Source: Convolutriloba macropyga
Lineage: Eukaryota
Assembly (NCBI RefSeq): GCF_964194025.1
Contig: NC_134481.1
Span: 31,124,001 to 31,188,000, forward strand
Direction of reading: 5' to 3'
Length of the DNA stretch: 64,000 nt
Shown here: piece by piece, positions 38,101 to 50,100 of the stretch
How the letters are laid out: the number at the start of each line of letters is the position of its first letter
Numbering within the stretch: the stretch's first letter is position 1
Translations under genes and position numbers: made by a program
The notes under the pieces: generated by a model
What the model was told of the DNA's origin: nothing
Databases searched by the model: none
The model's input: only the letters and a program-made list of their open reading frames with translations

Positions 38101-41100
38101 TTTTTTAAAAAGATATTTTGTAACTCTGCTTTTTTTGATCCTTTCGTCTATTTGTTGCCTAGTCTTATCAGTTACAAGTCACAAATCACATTGCTGTTAT
38201 GAAAGTAAGGCAAAATTTAATATTTCAAAAGATTTAAGTGAATTCTATACGGTTTTAAATGCTTCAAAGCTCATATTTTTATTAAAAATTTTTGATTTTT
38301 CGGTTTTTTTCTGTAACTGATGTTTTTTTTGTAACAGGACATATTCTGATCACCAAAAAATCTAAACGGTTTCCTAAAGGCTAATAAAGTAACCCAATCG
38401 TTTATTTCAATTTATAGCTTCTGATTTTCATGACGTTTTCGTCAATTGTTCTCGAAAAAAAACAATACGTAATTTATAACTTCGCTCTTTTCCTTCTACT
38501 TGTTATCTAACCTGATAAATGAGTGGTCTTATATAACTTTGGTGGCTTAGGGGATCATAGTTCTTTCATTGTTCTTTCTTAGTTACTCTTAGGGAATAGA
38601 TTATGATTTCAACTGCTTCGACACGGTTTTCCCGTAAAATTGATTTGAGTTTTTCTTTTTTTCTGTACTTGTTGTTTTTTTGGCAGTTGTAGGAAAAAAT
38701 CTTAACAATGACAGGTCTCAATGTTTTATCATATAGAGTTGTAATTGATTGTATCACAAAACTCAAAGCATACCAATTCATATCTAATTCTTTTCATTAC
38801 TTTGGAACCAATGCTTTCAAAAAACATGAGTTTTTTTATGTTAGCCGCTTTTGTTGTTTTTTCACAACTTTTTACCGCGACTCATTAAGTACCGGTTGCA
38901 ATTCTTTTCTAGTGAAGAACAATGAACTAGTTATTTTTTATTAGTTTATATTTTTTCGGCCGCTATTTATAATTTATTAAAAATTTTTTCTACTTATAGA
39001 CATCGAGTTTTGGATGTTATTAATGTTTGTTGTTAGTATTTGATTTTGTTGTTCATCTTGTCTCGTACTCCTAATAGTGGCAGATCTACGTAACATTCTA
39101 AAGCGGCATTCTTTAGTCCACGGAGTATTCTGAGTTGAACGCAATTTTTATTCGTACACTAGTTATTTTCGAAAAATACTTCAATTTTTAGAAGTTTCCT
39201 ATACCATCCTCATTTGGTAGACAAATAAACCAAATTGTGGATGGGCGGGGTCAAAACATTTTATGCGAACGCACATTAACGAGACTCCTTGTTGGTAAGT
39301 GGACTTATAAACAGAAAAATGACCCTATTTTATGTTTACCTTGTGATTTAGGCAGTTTCCATCTTTTCAAACTTTACCGCTATCGCTTTAAGGTTAATCA
39401 TATAATCCCTGGAAAATACCTGACACAAACTTCATCATTATTAAGCTCTCATATTTTTACCCATCATACAAACCTTTCCCTATTGGTGCGCGAGATAGAA
39501 CTTTTTCTTCATATTCGGTTTTTTTAAATCCCATGAACCATTACTGATTAGAAGAATAAACAAGGATGCTAGGTAAGGTGCGTTTGCACATAACGTTCCG
39601 ACCTCGCCCAAACACATTTTTGACTTAATTCTACCTAATGATGAAGAGTTAGAAAATTTTCAAAAATTCACATATTGTTCAACAAACCACTAAATTAATC
39701 ATTTAATGCCGCATTAGATGGCCGAAGAGAACTGGAATTAAAGAGAACATAAGACCAGACAAATTTAAAATTCGACTAGCAAGAAACAATACTTTTCACA
39801 AAAGTCGATATCTATATTTAAAAAAAACCCTAAAGCAAAATCAATATGGCATCAGATAAAACCTTAACAGTACAAATTAAGCTGTGCTGCACAAAAAAGT
39901 CATGGCACCTGGTCTTAATGAGAGTTTTTAACGATTCGATAAAAACAGCACAGATGGCAAACTTCAAAAATCATTTTCTGTTTTGAAAGCCATTTTTTTC
40001 TAAGCGATTAAAACAAGTAGGCATCAACTGAAATCATTCATTCCCTCTGAGTTATAATTGTGGGAACAATTGGTACCTCTTCGTTTATATCTCTTGAGGA
40101 AGCAATTTGACGCTCAAATTTTAAAAAATCAAACAACTTATTAAGAAAATGCATTCGCAGCCGTTAAAATTATAAGCAAATCACCCAGAACATTCAGTAG
40201 CTTCAATTGCACATTTATATTATTTCAACGTGAAAAAGATTTGCCGATTACAGTGATATTGTGTAAAGGAGACAAAAAACGAACCTCGAATACGGGCAGA
40301 TTTCTAGAAATCGCATTTCATTTAAACGAAAGTTTGTAGTATCAAATCCAACAAACAATTAGTTGAAAACAAAACACTTACACCACTCACTAAATATTGA
40401 CAGAAGTAAGATAAATGTGACAAAGTTCAAAATTCATTGGTTTTTAAAAACATTTTTTTCCGAAAATCACAAAAAAACAAGCTTTCAACTAAAACTATTT
40501 TTGGAATTTTTACTATTTGAGCCGCAATGTTGTAAAAATGAGTGAAAATAAGGTGACAGTTCCTTTAACAGCGGTATTTTACTGACCTCGACCACAACTT
40601 CCACTTGTTGGGTATTCTGTGTGCCAGCAGGATCAGCCCAGTCTGTGACCTGAAGGGTGAAACAGAATGCGAAGTCTGTCCCTGCACAGTTAGCGTCGTC
40701 CCTTTCAACCGAAGTGTAACTTATTTCACATGCGCCGATGTAGTCAGCCACTGCTGAACCTGAACACAAATTCAAATTACAATGCCCTGCTCATAGTATG
40801 AATCAGTTAAAAATCCCTGAAAGCGGTCTGAGATCTTTACTGTATCAGTACTGAAACAGTCTGGGTGAGAATAACACAGGCATTTTGTTGCAAAATCTAG
40901 ACTTTGAGGCTTTTGTGGACAACAGTGACAAAAGATTCAACTGCCTACAATTCATATCTAGTTTTTTTATTAATTACATAAACTATTTAGAAACCAAAAA
41001 TTTCTCAATAGACATGATCGACAAAAGCCAGTTTGCAATTTATAATTAATGCCGAGGGCTTTTTTTGTAATAACTTAACAATTTGGCTAATTGATAAATT

Positions 41101-44100
41101 TGAGTAAATTTACTAGAACAAATAGATTAGAATAGATTATAGATTAGAATTTCCATACGCTGTATAAAATACGCTGCAAATATACCCATTGCAGCGTAAT
41201 GGGGTACAAATATGAATTTTTAGACCGTGGAAGAAGAGTATTGAAGAAAGAAAAGTTCACAGATGTGGCAGTCTTATATGGACGAGCTATTTTGTTTTTG
41301 TTCATTTGTTGATAGGTTACCAGTGGCACTGACGACTGAAAATGCGCTGTTGGGTGCCACGAGAGAACATCCAGGCTGGAAAGAAAGTCTGTCTGGATCC
41401 AGACACTCTACCCTCGCCAGAGACCCACTCCACCCATCTCGCACTATATACCTACAACAAATAAACAACAAAATGTTACCCATGCCGAGAAAATCGATAA
41501 CGTGAAACTAGTCTGCCCCTCGCCCCGACCCGCACTTACCTTACAACTGACGAGTAGCAAATGAGGGGGAGGTCATTGAGATTCTGGATATTGACTGGAA
41601 CCCTCATAGTGGGATACTGGGTAGAGGAGAGTGAGTTCTCGTCGTTTATCTTATCGGACACTCTCAAATAAACCTCTAGACTTCGCATTGCAACCTGGAA
41701 ACAAAGGAATCGGGAAAATTAAAGAAAAAGAATTCATTTCTCCTTAGAAATATGTGAATAGAACTGTGAGAAAGATTAACAATATTACTTATGACTATAT
41801 ATCGATTAAAAAACTAATCAGAATTTTCTGAAATTTGACAGGATTTTTGGAGTATTAGGGGGAATCAAATTTTCAAACCTATTAATGTTTCTATCAGGCT
41901 TCAAAATCTTCCGAGGCTAAATACCGTTTGAGTTTCGTTTTTATCATTACGTTAAAAGTTTAATGTGGCTCCATGATTGGCTGATTTCAAAGGAAAATTT
42001 AAATTTAACATAAAGATCAGCAAAAAATTCCGTTCAAAATGTTACTATCAATCTTTCCGATCAGAATGACTTCAATTTTTATCAATGAAATGATAGGAAG
42101 AACTATCGAAGTTTGATTTGGTTACATACATGTAAAGCATAAAAAACTGAGTACAGTGACCGAAGTGAGAGATGATTTTTTGTTAGAATAATTGGATGTT
42201 TTTATGGAGGTAGGGTTCTTACGTCATCGTAGTCCATTTCGACAGCTGTTAGAATGGTAGGCCCTGGAGTGCCCACATTGACCTGATCTGTGCTCAATTT
42301 GAAGAACTTGGCGTCCTCTCCTAAACAACAAACATCAACGGTGTTCCTTTATCAAAACAAAGTCACTAATAATCAAAAACAATCCAATTTTTTTTACACT
42401 CAAGTTTCAACATTTACCCCGAAAATTGTAAGTCTGACAAAAATTTTCCGCTTCAACCGGAGATTTTCGGCATTCGCACCTCGACTAGTATTGATATTTT
42501 TCTAATGAAAAAAAATCTTTTTACTCTTGATTGTTTTTTTTCGGATGAGAAAACTGTTTGGCGATAACTCTTTTCGTCGTCCTTTCTTTGTTGCTTTCTT
42601 GCAATAAATCATTGTTTTCGTCATTTTTTTGCTTAATTTGAAAAAAAACCTCATTTGTATCCGTTGCTCTTATTTTCGATAATTTGAGCAAAAAGAATAT
42701 TTTTTTCATTTTCTTTGGTAATTTAGGCAAAATTTATTTATTCATTTCTTCCCTTTTTGATAAAATCTAAATGCCCTCATTAATTGGGTTATTATCTTAC
42801 CTTCTAGCCAGTACACAAGTGCACTTGTATCATTGTCTGGATCTGCGACATCTGTGGTGAGTACCTGGTACACTGTGGCGCCAGCTGCCACTCCATCATT
42901 CAGAATGACTGGTATCTTCTCATTTACAGTGAAGTACGGTCTCTCATCATTCACACCTGTAATCTCTACTGTAAAGGGCGCCAAGGTCAAGGTGTCGGAG
43001 GAGCCACTGTCGTCTATCCTATAACATTACAAACTGCAATCCGTTGCTATACAAATTGGCACAAACAACAGTCGAGTAAATGCTGTCAGGACAAAATACC
43101 CAATACAAATATACCCAATATACCCAGATCTTGATTTATCCAAGTGCTAAATTAAGGACTCTTTAGAATTAACGGTCCGTAGTACCAGCGCTAAAAACGC
43201 AGAATTATGTAAGATTGACAGTGAATGCGTTGAATTTACGTAAGATCTACGCTTGAGGCGGTGAAAAAAGGCTCTGCGTTGAATTAAGCGTTGATCTTGA
43301 AGATTTTTGCCTTTTCAAGAGTAGATCGTACGCAATTTCGGCGTTTCCAAACGTAGATATTACAAAATTTTTATAATAAGAAAAATATTTTACTTGGTTC
43401 ATTGCTGACATGCTTCTAAATTATATTAGTAGTCCTCTATCTGAGTTTAGCGTCCCCGCTTGTTCTTTAGTTTCATCAATTGCTTTCTTCATAGTTTCCT
43501 TCAACTGAAGCAATTTTTTTTAAAATCTCCTCTCATTGGGTGAGGAGAGGGGGAGATTTACAGTATAAAAATATTTTCATTCAATAAAAAATTAATGTTG
43601 TCTCAGATTGTCAACGAAAAAGTTTTCCTACGGAATTTTGCAACTTTTGAAACAAAATTTTTGAAATGTTTTTTTTTATCGTATATTTTTTTATTCAATT
43701 CCAGTTGAAGTTTGTGAGGTAGATCGCCATATATATAAAGCTTTTCATTATGAAAAAAGTTGGTGCAATTTCCAAGAAAAAAAACTGGGTAATCATAAGT
43801 AATTTTCAACATTTTGATGATGTCCTCGGTCAAGGATTTTTCAGCAACTTATCCAAAAAAACAATCTTGGTAGGGTTAATACCACCCTGTTTAAATAGAG
43901 AACCAACGAAAAGAAAACGTAGCTTGCGGGAAATTGCTACGTTTTGCGATGCCTTCGTTCGGGTATAGGCGCATGACGGAAAAAAAGATATTTTATGTAA
44001 GGTTTGCGCATAAAAAAGCCAATTTCCTGTAAAATCTACCACTGAAAACTCAAAATTTTGTCATTTCTAAGCTTAGAAGCGCCAAGAAAATGTAAGATTT

Positions 44101-47100
44101 ACAATTAGAAACCCTAAGAAATGTGAAATTGGAATCTGATTTATAGAGAATTTTGTGTTAGGAAACCTTAGGTAACGTGGAACAGTGGCAGTAAAGGCAA
44201 CAAGCATTAAAAATTTCAGTGGTTCAAGTTTCATAGAGCAAAGTCTAACCGTTATAAGAATGCTAGAGAACCGCGTAGACTCTCTAAATTTCTGTTTAAT
44301 AATTTTTGTTATATCTAATTTAGTGACAAAAAATTACGTAAGATCAATGCTTAGAAAATATTTTAAAACCTATGCTTAGAAATGCAAGATATTGTGAAAA
44401 ATGTGGTTACTGGCTTTGAAAAGTTCTCAGAAACAACGCATGTTTCTTGCATAGTTTTTGCGCTGAATGCCTTAAAATTTTTATCTAATTTGAGCGCTTT
44501 CACAGCAAAAATTTGTAAAAAAAATTGGACTGACTTATCTAAGTTGTCTACGCTAGTCACCGATTATCTTACATATTTTTGCCAAAATTCCTAGGGCCAG
44601 TGTGTTAATGTCAAATTGAGATAATAGTTTATATTTTAACTAAATTTATTTATCAAATTTTAAATGTAAGACTAGTTATTTTGGCCATGCCTCGCGTGCG
44701 TGCCACAGCGCTAACTCAGCGGGTTGTGGGACCTGATATGAAAAAATCACAACTGGTCATGAGAATACACAAAGGGATGATGTGTGTAATACGAACTACT
44801 AATTGGTAATGATACTATTTAACAAATACTTCGGAAGGGGATTAAATTGGATATTATGGCAATGAGTAAATTGTAATGTAACTGTATTATAATATAAGGG
44901 AAATAACATTGTTGCTCGCGTGTATCATGAAAGAAAATCCGATTGGAATTTGGGTAGTCTATTGAGGGTAATTAAAAGCCATTTTTGTTAGTAAAATCAG
45001 TTATCCTTAAACGTTTCAGTTGGTACGGTTACGTGACAATTTACCCAACTCCATTCTACTCAATGCAATTTTAACCAGGTTGCCATTTACCCAATGCCAT
45101 TTAACCCAATTTAACCCAAAAAAAAGAAACTGCCGTGCTCAGGGTTCGAACCTCTCATTTTCGACATGTCAACAAATTCTTATTCCACTGCGCGAATTCA
45201 AGAGTGCAAGACTTAATCGGATAATTGTAACGCTTTGTTTGCTCGTGATAATTTCATATCAAGTCCACGATCTGAGTTATGGTAGATGTTTTAATGCCAA
45301 AAAAGTGTTCTGCTCATAGCGAAATTGAATAATATCAATAAAACTGAAGGGTAACTTTTTAACATAATCTATGAGATTTCCGAAAAAAAATTAAATTACA
45401 AACACGGTGAAAGCAATTTAATTAAGTGAATATAAACTAAATGTAATTAAGTGCGGTGAATGCGCTGAATGCTGCTATAGACCACAAACAGTATGACATT
45501 TCACCTCTAAAGTACCGACGCAGCTCAAGTTTCTTACTTGACAGTGACACTCCAAGAACTGATGGAAGCAGTGTCGAAGTTGATCTCATCTTGACTCACA
45601 ATTATACATCCATTCTCCCCATTCACCACGTCAAGTGTAGATGTACACGCTGGCACGCATGTTATCCTGCAAACAACAACGGTGGATAGAGGAACTTTGT
45701 ACAACTTTTGGAAGAAATGCGCTGATTTGAAAAAGTTTTATCAGCTCAAAGTTTTTACCGAGAAAGGCACTGCTTCAATCCGATTGGGGCTTAAATTGTG
45801 TCAACACGATAAACTTTAGTAAGCAATGTGCCGAAAAAGCAATGTCGTTTCTTCTCTTAGAGTCGTATTAAACAGTCACCAAAAGTCATAATTGAGTCAT
45901 GAAAATTGAATTGAAATCAATAATAGCCCTTCCCGGGTCGAGGTGTCATCGCCATTCAACACAAAATTATGTAAGATAAGCGGTGAATGCGAAAAATTTT
46001 GTAAGATAAGCGGTGAATGCGGAGAAATTACATAAATCAGGCGGTGAATGCGGTGAAAAAAACCTTTATCGCCTGGTAGCGGTGAAATTACATAAAATCA
46101 CCGCTTTAAAAAAAGTGTCCAAATTATGTAAGATAAGCGGTGAATGCGGTGATATTACATAAATTCGCAGCTTGACTTAGTGGTGAACTTACATAAATTC
46201 ACCGCTTAGAAAAAAGTTAAATTTTTGTGAGAACAGCAGTGAATGCGGTGAAAATACATAAATTCACCGCTTAACTTTGTGGTGAAATTGCATAAATTCA
46301 CCGCTTAACTTAGTAGTGAACTTACATAAATTCACCACTTTGAAAAAAATTGTCCAAATTATGTTAGATAAGCGGTGAATGCCGTGAAATTACATAAATT
46401 CACCGCTTAACTTAGTAGTGAACTTACATAAATTCACCACTTTGAAAAAAATTGTCCAAATTATGTTAGATAAGCGGTGAATGCGGTGAAATTACATAAA
46501 TTCACTGCTTAACTTAGTGGTGAACTTACATAAATTCACCACTTAACTTAATGTGAACTTAAATAATTTCACCGCTTTTGAAAAAAAGTGTCCATATTTT
46601 GTAAGATGAGCGGTGAATGCGGTGAAATTACATAAATTCACTGCTTAACTTAATGGCGAACTTACATAATTTCACCACTTAACTTAGTGTGAACTTACAT
46701 ATTTTCACCGCTTTGAAAAAAAGTGTCCCTATTTTGTAAGATAAGCGGTGAATGCTTACATAAATTCACCGCTTAAATTAGTGGCAAACTTACATAAATT
46801 CACGCTTAGAAAAAAGTGTTAAAAATTTGTGAGAATTGTGAGAACAGCAGTGAATGCGGTGAAATTATATAAATTCACCGCTTAACTTAGTGGTGAAGTT
46901 ACATAAATTCACCGCTGAGATGAAAAGTGTTAAAATTTTTTTTAAGAACAGCAGGAGCAATATGTAAGATACGCGTATGTAATTTCACCGCTATATATTT
47001 TAGCGGTGAATTGTGGTGAATTTTTGTAAGATCACCGCTTATTCTAGCGGTGAACTTGCATAATTTCACCACAATCACCGCATTTCACCGCAAAATTATG

Positions 47101-50100
47101 TACAAAAATTGCGGTGAAAAAACTAACTTTTCACCGCTTATCTTACATATTTTTCCAATTTTTTTCTCGACCCGAGTTACTATCTCTAGGGGGCGGCTGT
47201 TAAACAGTTAAAACCGTGAAAAAAAAATTTAAAAACTCTATCGCCAAAAAATGAGACCGATAAAAAAGACAAAAAAGCATTCTTCTCACTCAATTATGCT
47301 AATTTTTTACCGACTCATTTAATATTGATTATCTTAAAATATACTATATCTTTAGTTCTTACGAGCACTCGAGTGGGTCCAGTCCATTTGGGTTATATGC
47401 GGCCACAGTGTACAAGGCAGTGTAGACTCCTGGCTTGGTCTCATCTTCTGGAATTGACACTGTGGAGGGAGGGGTCAACGGGTTCACTGGATTGGCCCCA
47501 TCTGAAATTCAACAGAAACATGAAGCATCTCACTTACAATAGAGGTTTTTGATTCTGACTCTTCATTAAAAGACAGTAGCTACACAACTTAACGCCATAT
47601 TTATGGATGGAAACGAAGCCAAAACGAAAGTTAATAGATCTTGATAAGAAAAAATATGAAACAGGTAAATGTTGCTAAGATCATGACGTTGCAAATGGTG
47701 AAAAACGTTAAGATTTGTACGATTTTGCAAGATCTTAACATGGGTACAAAGAAAAAAAATCTTGGCAAGATATTCCAGAAAGCTAAGCCACGACAGAGTC
47801 AGACATAGAATTTTCAAAACCAAACATCATCTTTGAAGAAGATTTAAGACGAAATAATAAGTTTTAGCAACAAATATCAGCAATCATCAAGAAAAGTCGG
47901 AAAATTGAGCTGGGGTTAGTTTGATATCCAGCAATATAATTTACGTTTTCCAGTAAAATTTTGTAAGTGATGCAAGCTAGTTATATAGATAGTACATAGC
48001 TTGTGCAAGGAAGCCAGAATGCCCCATGAAAAAAAACTATAAAAAAGTATAAAATTATTCAACATCAGACTAAACAAAATTGTTCATCAATGAAAATTAT
48101 ATTACTTATATTTTGAAAGTTATTCACAACTAGTATAATCTTTTAATATGATCTCCAATAATATTACTTTTAATTCGAATGTTATTAACAGCTACTATTA
48201 TCCGACGGCCCACTTAACGGGTGTTGTATTGTGTGGATTGTTGAACTCATTTTCTTCCGAATGAATGGCAAATACGTTGCCACATATTTGAGAATAAGTA
48301 ATCAAAAAACAACAGGAATACTCGATAAACTAGGTACCGATCTACAATGCTCATTAGGTTTTGTTGGACAGTGTTTTGGGGGCTCCAAAACTTGCTGTTC
48401 TCTTCACACTAATGCGCCAACAATTGAACTAATTGAGGTCATGAAATTTTTTGACAACTTCCAAGGAGAGACTTTGGAGCATATTGTCTGAACAGTTATT
48501 TTCAACCACGCTTGGCAACAGGCACGCCTCCCAATTAATGTATCAGGTATAGGGTTAAGACCATCTCAACGTCAAAAGAATGCTGCGTACGCGGGACCCC
48601 TTCTAGCGTCAAATGATTTGTTATATAAATCACAGGTCAGTCTCCGATAGAGGAACTTACTTTTGCTGCACTATACGAAAGCTTTGATACTTTTGCGTTG
48701 ACTATATTTAAACAAAAAAATCGAAGAGAGCGTAGATCTCCAGAAACTTTCGTACCTGAAGGAAGATCATACTGCAGTGAGGGAAAAGGCTAGAATTGAG
48801 TCGCTGCCTCTTTCACAAGCGTATGGGTAGTTGCAGCTCCTATACCTCCTCTAGGTCTGTGTTTATGCCCTAATGAATTTGGAGTGACATACTTGGTATC
48901 AAAAATAACAAATTTGAAAGGAAATGCCCTGATTGTGCTTCGGACTCTCTTGATGTTTTTGGCGACTGTTCTATCGTATGTCAAGGAAAGAGAGACGCCA
49001 TTGCAAGACACGACAAAATTTTTGACCGGGTCGAAACAGGTTCTTCAACAGCTAACTTATCTTGAGTGGTAGAAAAACGAAACATTATCGCTGATAGCAA
49101 TTCCCGACCGGAAGGCTTTTTCTGCCTTCATGGACGTCCAGCAGGTCTGCTGCTCTTGATGTTGCGAACTCTTTTCTGCAGCCAAACATTATAACAAGCG
49201 GCTGAGAAGTCAGGTAACGCAATTGATGCAGCTGAGGTCCGAAAGTCCAAATGTTCTCAGCAAGATATTACGTTCGTGAGATTGGCAGCAGCAGTATTAG
49301 GTGGTATGTCTACAATTTTCAGGAATGCATTAAAACAAATAGTCTCTCATTTTCAGACAGTTGAGCCGCTTAATCGGAAAGGGATTTTCCTTTGCTTTCG
49401 ACAGATGCGCTTTGTCTCTCTCAGTAGTTGTAATTCGTGGGTTGCGGTAATGTTGGTTGCCCGGGCGTCGTGGGACTTTTGAATGTCTAGCGAGAAATTT
49501 ACGCTCACCATAGTAAAGTGAAACTTCCCAAATTCGTCTAAATAGGGAATAAAAATATCATATTTAATCACGAGTTTTACCTGACAAAAGTGGAGAGAAT
49601 AGAAAAAACTTTTCATGTGTGAAAAATGAAATGGATTGATAAAAATAGATTTTTTTTTCAAATTGTTGATCTGCTGTTTTGATGAACATAGTCGTTGTAA
49701 TCCAGTTAATTGTTATTTCAAGAGTACTTAGGGATAAATTAAATGACAACAGAAATGGCTGAATCTGGGAAACATTAAAAAAAACTGAAGTGATACTTTC
49801 AACTGTACTTATAACTTTCCTAATATAATTTCTACCCAATCAACGAGATTTCAGTGATTGGATTTGTTGTCCAAGTATTTAATAATCTTCATATTGTTAC
49901 TTCAAAAAACTCCTAATTGTAAGATTTAACTATGGGTAACAGGCTAAATGCCTAAGTGGCTCAAATTAGTACTAATAGATAAAAAACAGCAGCATTTAAT
50001 TAATTTATTACTTTGATTTTGAGGAAACTGAGCCCCTTAAAAAATTGCTTTAATTTATGAAAAGAGCTATGTTTGATTTATAAAGTTTTAGTAAGCAACA

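Noticed and set aside
17785-45198. Functional tRNA genes at the two B-box sites (about 17.8 kb and 45.15 kb)
   Set aside because: No consistent cloverleaf stems; treated as SINE-like relics.
45932-47176. CRISPR-like array of palindromic repeats
   Set aside because: The spacers are themselves repeated rather than unique, there are no cas genes, the context is a eukaryotic intron, and the array is bounded by TIRs.
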